Assembly (NCBI RefSeq): GCF_009834535.1
Contig: NC_045698.1
Location: 108,500,001 to 108,564,000, forward strand
Source: Camelus ferus
Taxonomy: Eukaryota
Reading direction: 5' to 3'
Length of the DNA stretch: 64,000 nt
The notes below the pieces were generated by a model. The model did not search any database, had not been told where the DNA came from, and was given only the letters and a program-made list of their open reading frames with translations. The position numbers and the translations under genes were made by a program. Below, piece by piece: positions 63,027-64,000 of this stretch (its first letter is position 1; every line of letters starts with the position of its first letter).

Positions 63027-64000
63027 ACCCAATAGTATGGAATAGTTACTCCTAATAGCACAAAAGCTCTATTTTCTGCTTAGAGATTATGCTAAAAAGA
63101 GGAAGGCAGTGATTCTGTACTTAAAAAGGGGACTTGAGAGACACAAAGATGAAAATGAATCATTTTAGCAGTCTCTCGGGGATTCTCCCTCTTGCCCTGA
63201 TTTTCTGAGTTTCTTCATTACCTTTGTCCTCTGCACACACTTTATGACAGGACCCTGCAAATGTTTCTAAGTACCTCTGACTTTATTTTCTTGTTTCTCA
63301 GCATTGCAATCATCAATTTTGTTTGCACTTAAGAACAGGTAAAGAACAGGGATAGAAAATGGTCAGGCCCCCTCCAATTAATCGGCTATGCAAAGGATTC
63401 TGGGGCTGAATCCAGATTCAACAGGAGGAGTATACTCAGTTGGTGATTATGTCTGCAGTGGAAGCAGGATGAGACAGAGGTCCACGTGGGACCTGTTTAT
63501 CGTTCGTGGTTTAGAAGATTCTAGGGGATTGCCCCCAGCTTTATTACTCTCTGAGCTCCTAGAAGTCTCTAGAAGTTTCTAGAAGCACCTCAAGCCCAGG
63601 CTGTGCATAGAGGGCAGTGCTCACTGCCAAGGAATGTCAAAGTATCAGACACAGTGGCAAGCCAGCAACAGCAAAATATTTTGGTGTAAATGCCCTTTAG
63701 GACCTTCCCGCCCCATCCAAGAGTTGTCTAGATAAGACCAGCTCTACTTTTAAAACTATATTCAACAGAAAGTGAACTTGGACTCCCAGGGGAGGAGAGG
63801 AGCGTTTCTGAATGAGGGAGAAATGTAGAGCAAAATGTGAAACTCTTCCCATTTGTTTGCCAACCACACGTGCACAGCCCTAGCAATTCACAGCCTGCAG
63901 AAAGAGACTAAAAAAGGGAACATCAACAGCGGTTCTCCAGCTCAAATGAAGTGCCTTTATGTGGAGGAGAATATGTACTTCTGTCCTTTGGGATGAAGCA

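Overview
Mammalian genomic DNA, almost certainly camelid: it has two Vic-1-type tRNA-derived SINEs and I saw no BovB/Bov-tA or PRE-1 elements. The window lies inside GRIA1 (AMPA receptor subunit GluA1, + strand). It covers the 3' part of the long intron 2 and five coding exons of the amino-terminal domain, equivalent to human exons 3-7: 32572-32811, 35688-~35872 (partly hidden in an N gap), 41165-41218, 60493-60654 and 62649-62816. All visible splice sites are canonical GT-AG. At the left edge, in intron 2 and in sense orientation, is a disabled ADAL (MAPDA) retrocopy. It is intronless over its 5' part but runs through an intact splice donor into apparent ADAL intron sequence, and its internal gap is about 400 nt longer than the missing codons need. 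The rest is MIR, L2, L1 3' ends (one 5'-inverted), MaLR/ERVL solo LTRs, MER5A/MER58/MER2/Tigger DNA transposons, microsatellites and five N gaps. I found no new biological system that I can support. The best leads are the probably semi-processed ADAL retrocopy and several candidate cryptic, poison or terminal exons in GRIA1 introns, all of which are hypotheses. Repeat subfamily names, exon numbering and comparisons to human proteins come from memory of consensus and reference sequences, not from a database search.
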